Part shown: positions 55,645 to 64,000 of the stretch, piece by piece
Position numbering within the stretch: position 1 is the stretch's first letter
Layout: each line of letters starts with the position of its first letter
Assembly (NCBI GenBank): GCA_002788675.1
Contig: PFRS01000005.1
Location: forward strand, 199,767-263,766
Reading direction: 5' to 3'
Origin: Candidatus Pacebacteria bacterium CG_4_9_14_0_2_um_filter_40_15
GTDB taxonomy: Bacteria > Patescibacteriota > Microgenomatia > UBA1400 > PJMF01
Length of the DNA: 64,000 nucleotides
Position numbers and translations under genes: made by a program
Notes under the pieces: model-generated
What the model saw: the letters and a program-made list of their open reading frames with translations, nothing else
What the model was told of the DNA's origin: nothing
Database searches by the model: none

Positions 55645-56049
55645 TTATTTCTTCACAATCGTTGTTTGTACAGAAAGCTTGTGTGCTGCTTTTCTGAATG
55701 CTTCTTTTGCAATTTCTTCTGTAACACCAGCGAGTTCAAACATTACCATGCCTGGTCTCACAACTGCAACGTGTGTATCAATAGCACCTTTTCCAGATCC
55801 CATTTTTACACCAACTGGTTTACTCGTAATTGGCTTATGTGGAAACACTCTAATCCAATACTTACCAGCTCTTTTAGTCATAAAAGTAATTTTTTTACGA
55901 GCTGCTTCAATCTGACGAGAATTAACCCATCCTGAAGTGGTAGCTTGTAATCCGTAGTCACCAAAAGCTACTGTTGTACCTCTTGCGGCAACACCACGGC
56001 GTTTACCTCTAAACTCTTTTCTAAATTTGCTTTTCTTAGGCTGTAACAT
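55645..56049 (-). CDS. rplP: 50S ribosomal protein L16
   Basis: [19 protein letters not shown]. Confidence 0.95.
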   Translation of the reverse strand: MLQPKKSKFRKEFRGKRRGVAARGTTVAFGDYGLQATTSGWVNSRQIEAARKKITFMTKRAGKYWIRVFPHKPITSKPVGVKMGSGKGAIDTHVAVVRPGMVMFELAGVTEEIAKEAFRKAAHKLSVQTTIVKK

Positions 56050-56076
56050 ATCTTCGTTTCCGTGTCGGTAAAATCG

Positions 56077-56727
56077 TTAAACGATTTCTCCCTTGTTAAT
56101 CCATACCTTGATGCCTACATATCCAGAGCGAGTTGCTGCTGGAACTTGGAAGTAGTCGATGTTTGCTCGAATAGTTTGAGTAGGGACACTACCTTCAAAA
56201 TATTTTTCAGTTCGACCAATTTCTGCTCCGCCAATTCTTCCTGACAAAGCAATCTTTACTCCCTTTGCACCTGCTTGCATTACCTTTTCGAGTGCTTGAT
56301 TAATAGCACGGCGATGTGGATAACGCTTTATAAGCTGATTTTGAATGCGTTCTGCAACTAACTTTGCACTAAGGTCAGGTTTTTTGACTTCTTCAACACG
56401 CAAATCTATTTTAACTTTATCTTTTTTCACTTTTGAAACATTAAGAATTCTTTCGATTTCTTTCTTAACGAGTTCAAGATTTGATCCACCTTTTCCGATC
56501 ACAACACCTGGGCGTGAAACGTAAAGAATAACCTTGATAGCTGTGAGTGATCGTTCAATATCAACTTGTACTAAACCAGCGCTCTCAAGTTTGTTATTAA
56601 GGTATTTTCTCAGTTTGTGGTCTTCAATGACTCTATCTGAATAGTCAGCTTGGCCTGCAAACCAACGAGATTTCCAGGTAAAGGTGCTGCCCAATCTAAA
56701 GCCGGTTGGATTTACTTTTTGTCCCAT
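56077..56727 (-). CDS. rpsC: 30S ribosomal protein S3
   Basis: MGQKVNPTGFRLG and a KH domain. Confidence 0.95.
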   Translation of the reverse strand: MGQKVNPTGFRLGSTFTWKSRWFAGQADYSDRVIEDHKLRKYLNNKLESAGLVQVDIERSLTAIKVILYVSRPGVVIGKGGSNLELVKKEIERILNVSKVKKDKVKIDLRVEEVKKPDLSAKLVAERIQNQLIKRYPHRRAINQALEKVMQAGAKGVKIALSGRIGGAEIGRTEKYFEGSVPTQTIRANIDYFQVPAATRSGYVGIKVWINKGEIV

Positions 56728-56804
56728 ATCTGATTTCTTCTTCCGTTCTTTTTACTTCGGAAACTTGTATTTTACTACATGTTGCCGCTTTTTGCCTGTG
56801 CAAT

Positions 56805-57278
56805 TTATTTTTTCTTACTTACTTTTTTTGTAGCGACAGGTTTCTTTGCTGTCTTTGTTGCTACTTTCTTTTCTTCGACTGTTTCAGTCTTTTCAACTTT
56901 TGCAGCATTCTTAGCCTTCTTAACAGGTGCTGCTTCTTTTGGAACAACTCCTGATTCGAGCTCTACTGATACATGGCAAGTTCGTTTGATAATGCTATGT
57001 GCACGACCTCGACTTACAGCACGAAAACGCTTGTAACTTGGACCACCAGTAACTACTATATTTTTTAAGGTTAGATCATCAAATGTTAATCCATGATTGT
57101 TCATGGCATTTGCAATTGCCTGACGAATAACTTTCAAGACAACTATTGATGACTTGCGTTCAATAACACCAAGTTGCTTAATTGCATCTTCAAGCTTCAT
57201 GCCTTTAACAGCATTAGCAACTAAACGCACTTTAAGTGCTGTTTGTCTAGTATTTTTCTGTGTTGCTTTAATAATCAT
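56805..57278 (-). CDS. rplV: 50S ribosomal protein L22 with Lys-rich C-terminal tail
   Basis: L22 core; tail ...KKAKNAAKVEKTETVEEKKVATKTAKKPVATKKVSKKK. Confidence 0.85.
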   Translation of the reverse strand: MIIKATQKNTRQTALKVRLVANAVKGMKLEDAIKQLGVIERKSSIVVLKVIRQAIANAMNNHGLTFDDLTLKNIVVTGGPSYKRFRAVSRGRAHSIIKRTCHVSVELESGVVPKEAAPVKKAKNAAKVEKTETVEEKKVATKTAKKPVATKKVSKKK

Positions 57279-57308
57279 ACTCTGTACCTCTTATTATCCA
57301 TTCATTCT

Positions 57309-57593
57309 TTACGTCTTTGTCAGGACACGTTTCACAATCTTACCATGACCTCTGAAGTTACGTGTTGGTGCAAACTCACCGAGCTTGTGGCCAACCATGG
57401 CTTCTGAGACAAATACTTCAACAAATATTTTTCCTTGATGAACCATAAATGTATGGCCCACAAAGTCAGGAGAAATTGTACACTCACGACTCCATGTTTT
57501 AATTGCAGTCTTATCGCCAGATGCCTTCTGAAGCATAACCTTCTTCAGCATTTTTGGATCGATAAATGGTCCTTTTTTACTTGATCTTGACAT
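57309..57593 (-). CDS. rpsS: 30S ribosomal protein S19
   Basis: [19 protein letters not shown]. Confidence 0.95.
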   Translation of the reverse strand: MSRSSKKGPFIDPKMLKKVMLQKASGDKTAIKTWSRECTISPDFVGHTFMVHQGKIFVEVFVSEAMVGHKLGEFAPTRNFRGHGKIVKRVLTKT

Positions 57594-57646
57594 ATTTTTC
57601 TCTTGTTGATTCTATCGAAGAATCGATATATTTTAACAACCTTTTT

Positions 57647-58480
57647 TTACTTAACTCTTCTATCTCTGACAATAAACTTATCAGTTCTGTGATTCTTCTT
57701 ACGTGTTTTCTTACCAAGTGCGTGCTTACCCCATGGTGTCTTAGGATACTTCATACCAACACCTGAGCGACCTTCACCACCACCATGTGGATGAGATCCT
57801 GGATGTTGAGCTGTACCTCTTACTGCAGGTCTGATACCCATAAGGCGTTTGCGACCAGCTTTTCCAATTTTTCTATTTTTCCATTCAGCGTTACCAACTT
57901 CACCAATAGTAGCTAAACAATCTGCATTTACAAGACGCATCTCTTTTGAAGGAAGTTGCAACGTTACGAACTTACCTTCTTTTGAAGCAACAACTGCTGA
58001 AGTACCTGCTCCACGAACAATCTGAGCACCTTTTCCAGGGCGTAGTTCAACATTATGCACGAACATACCAACTGGAATGTTCTTGAGTGGTAATGCGTTA
58101 CCTACTTTAGCATCAGCTGTTTCGCCAGATGTAAGTACATCTCCAACAGCTACTCCCTTAGGAGCAATAATGTAAGCCTTTTCACCGTCTGCATAATACA
58201 TTAATGCTAGGTGAGCACTTCTCATTGGATCGTATTCAAGACGCTGTACAGTAGCTGGAACACCAAATTTATTTCGTTTCCAATTAATGATACGCATTTT
58301 CTTCTTAACACCACCGCCACGATGTCGAACAGTGATTCTTCCTTGGAATCCTCGTCCTTGTCGTTTCTTGTGTCCTGAAGCTAACAGTGATTTTTCTGGA
58401 GCACCTGAATGAAGTTCAGCTCTGTCGATGACAACTTGATGTCTTCTTCCGGCGCTTGTTGGTTTTCGTGTAATTAACAT
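57647..58480 (-). CDS. rplB: 50S ribosomal protein L2
   Basis: ...[10 protein letters not shown]... Confidence 0.95.
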   Translation of the reverse strand: MLITRKPTSAGRRHQVVIDRAELHSGAPEKSLLASGHKKRQGRGFQGRITVRHRGGGVKKKMRIINWKRNKFGVPATVQRLEYDPMRSAHLALMYYADGEKAYIIAPKGVAVGDVLTSGETADAKVGNALPLKNIPVGMFVHNVELRPGKGAQIVRGAGTSAVVASKEGKFVTLQLPSKEMRLVNADCLATIGEVGNAEWKNRKIGKAGRKRLMGIRPAVRGTAQHPGSHPHGGGEGRSGVGMKYPKTPWGKHALGKKTRKKNHRTDKFIVRDRRVK

Positions 58481-58493
58481 GTCTCTTCAATCC

Positions 58494-58799
58494 TTACTCT
58501 CGGATACTTTCTGAAATATCAAATAAGTTGATTTCATCACCAGCTTTGAGAGTGACGAGAGCCTTCTTTACTTTTCCGCCTGTAACTTGCATACGACGTT
58601 TACCTGTACGTTTAACAACTGGTTGATTAGTAACTGTGCGAACATTCACCACTTTAACAGGAAAAAGTTCTTCAATAGCCTCACTAATTTGATGCTTATT
58701 AGCACTTCGACTTACCTGAAAAGTATAGGTGTTCTTTTCGTTTGCCAAAGTAAGTGCTTTTTCTGTAATGATCGGTTTAACAATTGTATATGCGTTCAT
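58494..58799 (-). CDS. rplW: 50S ribosomal protein L23
   Basis: Position and size. Confidence 0.85.
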   Translation of the reverse strand: MNAYTIVKPIITEKALTLANEKNTYTFQVSRSANKHQISEAIEELFPVKVVNVRTVTNQPVVKRTGKRRMQVTGGKVKKALVTLKAGDEINLFDISESIRE

Positions 58800-58802
58800 A
58801 TC

Positions 58803-59570
58803 TTACTCGCTTTTCTTTACTGATTTTGTTTTCTTAGGGGCAGCTTTTTTTGCAACTGTTTTCTCTGGAGTTGCTTTTTTCTCAGCTGCTTTCTTTGGTG
58901 CTGCCTTTACAACAGGAGCGACCTTATCTGATTTTGAAACCATTTTTTCTTCTCTAGTAAGACGAGTTTCAAGTGCTGTAATCGCATCTGTTGTCATCAC
59001 AATTTTATTTGCTGCTGCAATATCAAATGCATTGACCAATGATGCTGTTAGTGTTGTTACGTTTGGAATATTTGAAATGGCTCTTTCAGTAACAGGGTTA
59101 CGTTTTGCTAACACAATGAGTACTCTTTTAGCTGAAGAAATAACTGGTGCCAGAAGCTCTGAAACTTCTTTGGTTTTCCCAGAAAGTTCTGTAATACCGT
59201 TAGCAACTACAATGTTTTCTGATTGTGCACTCAAAGCTGAGATAAGAGCTTTAGCTTTCATCTTTCGTGAAAGATTTAAACTCCAGTTCTCAAGTCCAGT
59301 AGGACCATGAGCTACACCTCCACCAACAAAAATTGGAGCACTTTTTGCAGCATGACGTGCATTACCAGTGCCTTTTTGTTTGTAGACTTTACGCTTTGTT
59401 AAATTAACTTCAGATCTATTTAAAACTTTACTGGTGCCCTGTCGCAGATTAGCTCTGTACACACGAATAGCTTGAGCCAAAAGTGTTGCGTTCACCTTTG
59501 CGCCAAAGATACTGTCAGATGCTGTTACTGATCCAGTTTTTCCAGTAGAGGTCAGACTAACTAATTTCAT
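58803..59570 (-). CDS. rplD: 50S ribosomal protein L4 with Lys/Ala-rich C-terminal tail
   Basis: L4 core; tail KVAPVVKAAPKKAAEKKATPEKTVAKKAAPKKTKSVKK. Confidence 0.9.
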   Translation of the reverse strand: MKLVSLTSTGKTGSVTASDSIFGAKVNATLLAQAIRVYRANLRQGTSKVLNRSEVNLTKRKVYKQKGTGNARHAAKSAPIFVGGGVAHGPTGLENWSLNLSRKMKAKALISALSAQSENIVVANGITELSGKTKEVSELLAPVISSAKRVLIVLAKRNPVTERAISNIPNVTTLTASLVNAFDIAAANKIVMTTDAITALETRLTREEKMVSKSDKVAPVVKAAPKKAAEKKATPEKTVAKKAAPKKTKSVKKSE

Positions 59571-59572
59571 AC

Positions 59573-60334
59573 TTAGGCTTCGCTTTCTGTGTTTTCAGTT
59601 GCGACTTCTTCTGCTACTTCAACTTTAGGAAGTGAAGATGCAACTCTATCAATTTCAATAGCTTTGTTTCGGCCAGTCTTACTAATCTTAAGATCAGTCA
59701 TGATAGAACCAGGAACTGGTCCACTAAGCCAAACTTCACCAGAATCTGCATCAATGTGAATGACAACGAGACCTGTGACAGTTTTAGCAACGTTACCATA
59801 GTGACCAGGCATCTTCTTTCCAGACCAAACACGACCTGGAGTTGTACCTGCACCAATTGAACCAACAGCACGATGTCTGTCAGATTGACCATGAGTCTTA
59901 GGACCGCCATGGAATCCCCAGCGTTTAACACCACCAGCAAATCCACGACCTTTTGTAATACCTTGAACTTTAACTACATCACCAATTTCGAGAACTTTAT
60001 CAACAGTAATAGTGTCACCAATAGTGACATCAGCAGCACCTTCGTACATACGAACACCACGAATTTTAGCTACACCATTAGAAAAGCCACTCTTTTCTAA
60101 TCTAGTTCTAAGTGGCTTAGTCATATTCTTCAATTTTTTTGTACCATATCCTACTTCGAGGATTGTACATGGAAGAGTATCGCGCTTTGTTGAATTCTTA
60201 TCGAGTACTGAAATTTCAGTTTTTGAAATAACATTATTATGCCCAACCTTGACTCGAGTTACAGCTAATCGCTTGCCGCTCTTGGTCCAGGCTTGAGTCA
60301 TTCCGAGTTTTGTCACAAAAATATCTGTTAGCAT
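59573..60334 (-). CDS. rplC: 50S ribosomal protein L3
   Basis: KLGMTQAW....VTRVKV. Confidence 0.9.
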   Translation of the reverse strand: MLTDIFVTKLGMTQAWTKSGKRLAVTRVKVGHNNVISKTEISVLDKNSTKRDTLPCTILEVGYGTKKLKNMTKPLRTRLEKSGFSNGVAKIRGVRMYEGAADVTIGDTITVDKVLEIGDVVKVQGITKGRGFAGGVKRWGFHGGPKTHGQSDRHRAVGSIGAGTTPGRVWSGKKMPGHYGNVAKTVTGLVVIHIDADSGEVWLSGPVPGSIMTDLKISKTGRNKAIEIDRVASSLPKVEVAEEVATENTESEA

Positions 60335-60452
60335 AGCAATAATTTTCTAATAATGTCTTTATTCTTTTGGTGTTACAGCTCTCTAGTTGATTAAACAGAG
60401 CGGTCCTTTTTCTTGTTCTCGTTACCTACGAAAACGATTTTTCCTACCCACA

Positions 60453-60779
60453 CTACATCTTGATCTGGATTGAAACTCCAGCTGGTAATTCAAGATGCAT
60501 AAGCGAATCGATTGTTTTACTTGTTGGGTTAACAATATCGATCAAGCGCTTGTGTGTTTTAATATGATAGTGTTCTTGAGCATTCTTATCAGTATGTGGT
60601 GAAACCAATATCGTAAAATCACGTTTGTGAGTTGGAAGTGGCACTGGGCCAACAACTTTTGCACCAGTTGAAAGAGCTGTTTCTAAAATCTTTCTACTTG
60701 CGGTGTCAATAACTCGATGGTCGTAAGACTTGAGTCTAACTCTAATTTTGTACGTGGTTTGTGCGGTTGTTTTTACCAT
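60453..60779 (-). CDS. rpsJ: 30S ribosomal protein S10
   Basis: [39 protein letters not shown]. Confidence 0.95.
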   Translation of the reverse strand: MVKTTAQTTYKIRVRLKSYDHRVIDTASRKILETALSTGAKVVGPVPLPTHKRDFTILVSPHTDKNAQEHYHIKTHKRLIDIVNPTSKTIDSLMHLELPAGVSIQIKM

Positions 60780-60870
60780 ACTGTTAAAGAATTTTTCTAC
60801 CTACTATTTTCTGTGTTTTCATGGCTTTTAACCATAGGGCGAAATTATACAATACTCTCCCCTAGAAGTA

Positions 60871-60931
60871 AACCCCGCTTTTTGAACCAAAAAGCGGGGT
60901 TTACCCTCCATCTTCGGTTCCGAAGATGGAG
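60871..60931 (-). terminator. Two adjacent perfect palindromic hairpins (AACCCCGCTTTTT-gaacc-AAAAAGCGGGGTT; CTCCATCTTCGG-tt-CCGAAGATGGAG) in the tuf-rpsJ intergenic region
   Basis: 13-bp and 12-bp perfect inverted repeats. They are likely the tuf terminator and/or an attenuator, and they are symmetrical. Confidence 0.55.
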
Positions 60932-60944
60932 AGATTACCATTCT

Positions 60945-62141
60945 CTATTTTATAACTTTACTGATTGCACCTGCACCGATGGTGTGACCACCTTCTCGGA
61001 TAGCAAAACGGAGACCCTCATGGAGAGCAACCGGTACAATAAGTTTTACACTCATCTCAGCGTTGTCGCCTGGCATAACCATTTCGACACCATCCTCGAG
61101 TTGAATTTCACCAGTTACGTCGGTAGTACCGATGTAAAATTGTGGGCGATATCCAGGGAAAAATGGCTTGTGACGACCACCTTCTTCTTTTGTAAGGATA
61201 TACACTTTAGCTGAAAACTCTGTGTGTGGAGTAGCTGAACCTGGCTTAGCCAAAACTTGACCGCGCTCAACATCATCTTTTCCAACACCGCGAAGAAGAA
61301 TACCAACGTTGTCTCCTGCTTCACCTTGGTCAAGCATTTTTCGGAACATCTCAACACCAGTAACTGTTGTCTTTGATGTTGGACGAATTCCAACTATTTC
61401 TACTTCTTCACCAACTTTTACAACACCTTGTGTAATACGACCAGTAACAACTGTTCCACGACCCTTAATTGAGAAAACGTCCTCAATTGGCATCATGAAT
61501 GGTTTGTCGAGTTCTCGAACTGGATCTGGAATGTAAGCATCTACAGTGTTCATGAGTTCCATGACTTGAGCTTGAGCATCCTTATCACCTTCAAGTGCTT
61601 TAAGTGCACTCACACGGATAACAGGTGTTGCATCACCATCAAAACCGTATTTACTGAGAAGTTCACGGACTTCCATCTCAACGAGGTCGAGAAGTTCATC
61701 GTCATCAACCATGTCACATTTGTTCAGTGCAACAACTAATTGTGGAACGTTAACCTGTTTAGCCAAGAGAATATGTTCTCGAGTCTGTGGCATTGGACCA
61801 TCAGTAGCTGCTACAACTAAGATTGCACCATCCATTTGAGCTGCACCAGTGATCATGTTTTTGATGTAGTCAGCATGACCTGGAGCGTCGATGTGAGCGT
61901 AATGTCTTTTTTCTGTCTCATACTCTAAGTGTGAGATATTAATGGTCACACCACGTGCTGCTTCTTCTGGAGCATTATCAATATCACCGTAACCCATAGC
62001 TTTGTTAATGTCTGATTTAACATTAGCTGCGAGAGTGGTGGTAATAGCTGCAGAAAGAGTTGTCTTTCCGTGGTCAACGTGACCAATGGTTCCGATGTTA
62101 ACGTGCTGCTTATTGCGCACGAATTTTTTTGCATCTGCCAT
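60945..62141 (-). CDS. tuf: Elongation factor Tu
   Basis: [18 protein letters not shown] and NKCDMVDD GTPase motifs. Confidence 0.98.
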   Translation of the reverse strand: MADAKKFVRNKQHVNIGTIGHVDHGKTTLSAAITTTLAANVKSDINKAMGYGDIDNAPEEAARGVTINISHLEYETEKRHYAHIDAPGHADYIKNMITGAAQMDGAILVVAATDGPMPQTREHILLAKQVNVPQLVVALNKCDMVDDDELLDLVEMEVRELLSKYGFDGDATPVIRVSALKALEGDKDAQAQVMELMNTVDAYIPDPVRELDKPFMMPIEDVFSIKGRGTVVTGRITQGVVKVGEEVEIVGIRPTSKTTVTGVEMFRKMLDQGEAGDNVGILLRGVGKDDVERGQVLAKPGSATPHTEFSAKVYILTKEEGGRHKPFFPGYRPQFYIGTTDVTGEIQLEDGVEMVMPGDNAEMSVKLIVPVALHEGLRFAIREGGHTIGAGAISKVIK

Positions 62142-62221
62142 ATGTTCCTCCTATAATTTGTTTTGTAACTCTTACTAACGAGTTATTATTCTACTACTTT
62201 TTACTAATAACTTCCACTGGA

Positions 62222-64000
62222 CTATGCTGATTTCTGGTCTGAAATGATCTTTTCAGTGATATTTGAAGGCACTGGTTCGTAGTGACTTGGCAACATGACT
62301 GAAGATGCACGACCTTTGGTCATACTTCGAAGTATTGTTACATACCCTTGCATCTCTGCAAGTGGAGCTAAAGCTTTAATGATAACTACATTATTACGTG
62401 TAGTTGATCCTTGAATTTGAGCACGTCGTGAACCTAAGTCACCAATAACGTCTCCCATATATTCTTCTGGTGTAGTTACTTCCATCTGCATCACTGGTTC
62501 AAGAAGGATCATACCTGCCTTTGCAGTTGCATCTTTCATACCAAGGGAACCAGCCATCTTAAAGGCGAGCTCATTTGAGTCAACTTCGTGGTATGAACCA
62601 TCATACAGAGTAACTTTAACGTCTACCATTGGGTATCCAGCTAAGAAACCGCGTTCAAGTGCTTCTTTTACACCTTGATCTGTTGGTTTAATATATTCGC
62701 GAGGAACTGAACCACCTGTGATAGCATTCTCAAACTCATATCCAACGCCTCTCTCTTGAGGTTCGATTTTGAGTAAGACGTGACCATACTGTCCACGACC
62801 ACCACTTTGTTTGATGTATTTACCTTCACCATCTGCAGCTTTTGTGATTGTTTCACGATAAGCAACTTGTGGAGCACCAACATTGGCTTCAACTCTAAAT
62901 TCACGCTTCATACGATCAATAAGAATTTCAAGATGCAACTCACCCATTCCACCAATAATGGTTTGACCAGTATCAGGATTAGATTTGATGCTATACGTTG
63001 GATCTTCATCTAAGAACTTTGCAAGCGCCATACCCATTTTTTCTTGGTCTGACTTTGTCTTAGGTTCAATAGCTAAAGAAATAACTGGATCTGCAAAAGT
63101 AATACCTTCAAGCATGATTGGATTGTCTTGATCACAGAGTGTTTGACCAGTCTTAGTTGCTTTGAGTCCAACTAAGGCAACGATCTCACCTGCACGTGCT
63201 TCAGAGATTTCTTCGCGCTCGTTAGCATGCATAAGAAGAATACGACCAACACGTTCTTTTTCACCACTGATAGAGTTATAAATATAACTTCCAGCCTTGA
63301 TGATACCTGAATAAACACGAGTGTAGGTTAATTTACCAACATGTGGGTCAGTTTGAATTTTAAATGCTAAAGCACTCATCTTTTCTGAAGGAACTAATTG
63401 GCGAGTTTCTTCTTCATGTGTTTTTGGGTTTTCACCAGTAATGTGATCAACGTCTACAGGAGAAGGTAAATACTCAACCACGGCATCCAACATTGGCTGA
63501 ACACCAGTGTTTTTGAGTGAAGAACCAGCAAACATTGGAACTAACTTGTAACCAATAACTGCTTTTCGGAGTGCAACTTTTAATGCATTTAACTCTAACT
63601 CTTCTGCATTGAAGAATTTTTCAAGTAATGCGTCATCAGTTTCAGCAATCGCTTCAACTAATTCTGCACGTAATTCTTCTGCACGAGCTTTGTATTCTTC
63701 TGGAATTGCACGAACTTCTGGTTCTGTGTCTGCTGCATTATCTTTCCAATAGAGTGCTTTTCTCTCGAGAAGTTGAATAACTCCACGGAAATCATTTTCA
63801 GCACCCATTGGCAAAACCATAACTGCAGGTTTTACACCGAATTTATCAATAACATCTTGAACAACTGCAAAGAAATCTGCACCCAATTTGTCCATTTTGT
63901 TAACAAAAACGATACGAGGAACATTATATTTATCAGCTTGACGCCAGACAGTTTCAGATTGTGACTGAACACCTTCTGAAGCATCAAGAACAGTTACACC
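62222..64000 (-). CDS. fusA: Elongation factor G, N-terminal ~100 aa beyond the window end
   Basis: The ORF continues in frame to the window edge: ...GVTVLDASEGVQSQSETVWRQADKYNVPRIVFVNKMDKLGADF... The track lists it only from an internal Met. Confidence 0.95.
   Translation of the reverse strand, partial: GVTVLDASEGVQSQSETVWRQADKYNVPRIVFVNKMDKLGADFFAVVQDVIDKFGVKPAVMVLPMGAENDFRGVIQLLERKALYWKDNAADTEPEVRAIPEEYKARAEELRAELVEAIAETDDALLEKFFNAEELELNALKVALRKAVIGYKLVPMFAGSSLKNTGVQPMLDAVVEYLPSPVDVDHITGENPKTHEEETRQLVPSEKMSALAFKIQTDPHVGKLTYTRVYSGIIKAGSYIYNSISGEKERVGRILLMHANEREEISEARAGEIVALVGLKATKTGQTLCDQDNPIMLEGITFADPVISLAIEPKTKSDQEKMGMALAKFLDEDPTYSIKSNPDTGQTIIGGMGELHLEILIDRMKREFRVEANVGAPQVAYRETITKAADGEGKYIKQSGGRGQYGHVLLKIEPQERGVGYEFENAITGGSVPREYIKPTDQGVKEALERGFLAGYPMVDVKVTLYDGSYHEVDSNELAFKMAGSLGMKDATAKAGMILLEPVMQMEVTTPEEYMGDVIGDLGSRRAQIQGSTTRNNVVIIKALAPLAEMQGYVTILRSMTKGRASSVMLPSHYEPVPSNITEKIISDQKSA

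Noticed and set aside
51550-59310. Plus-strand ORFs overlapping the ribosomal operon (for example 51550-51852, 52003-52545, 58729-59310, 56779-57036)
   Set aside because: They are antisense to ribosomal protein genes. They are Phe/Ala/Ser-rich mirror images of the Lys/Ala-rich tails and are low-complexity artefacts.

Overview
Low-GC (~38-40%), gene-dense bacterial window whose features point to Candidate Phyla Radiation / Patescibacteria. Ribosomal protein L30 is absent between rpsE and rplO, several ribosomal proteins carry Lys/Ala-rich tails, RF2 is present, and TGA/TAA/TAG are all used as stops (standard code 11). The right third (43.7-64 kb, minus strand) is the conserved translation super-operon from fusA (5' end beyond the window) to rpsI: fusA-tuf / rpsJ-rplCDWB-rpsS-rplV-rpsC-rplP-rpmC-rpsQ-rplNXE-rpsNH-rplFR-rpsE-rplO-secY-adk-map-infA-rpmJ-rpsMKD-rpoA-rplQ / rplM-rpsI. 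The middle, mostly on the plus strand, holds recA, rny, secG, a peptidoglycan-precursor cluster on the minus strand (FemAB-like, DegT-like aminotransferase, Mur-ligase with an odd membrane N-terminus, alpha/beta hydrolase), a lipoprotein cyclophilin, prfB, a 1008-aa protein with no recognisable domains, and ftsE-ftsX plus an M23 peptidase (EnvC-like). From 27-38.8 kb there is an accessory-looking surface/glycosylation region: secreted proteins (two with markedly elevated GC), a GT39/PMT-like GT-C protein, a tandem-duplicated secreted protein, a GT2, a GtrB/DPM1-like polyprenyl-phosphate glycosyltransferase, an 1110-aa polytopic membrane protein, a lamin-tail-domain protein and a VanZ-like protein. 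Four of these genes sit behind near-consensus sigma70 promoters that share an identical upstream element. A ~350-nt promoter-to-terminator structured non-coding region lies inside this block. Downstream are hup and an ABC-2 exporter locus with four paralogous permeases around one ATPase. The left end holds a tRNA-Pro(GGG), an NRAMP-like transporter fragment and several small hypothetical or enzyme-fold genes (NUDIX, PNPOx-like, cupin). No transposase, integrase or CRISPR array is visible.
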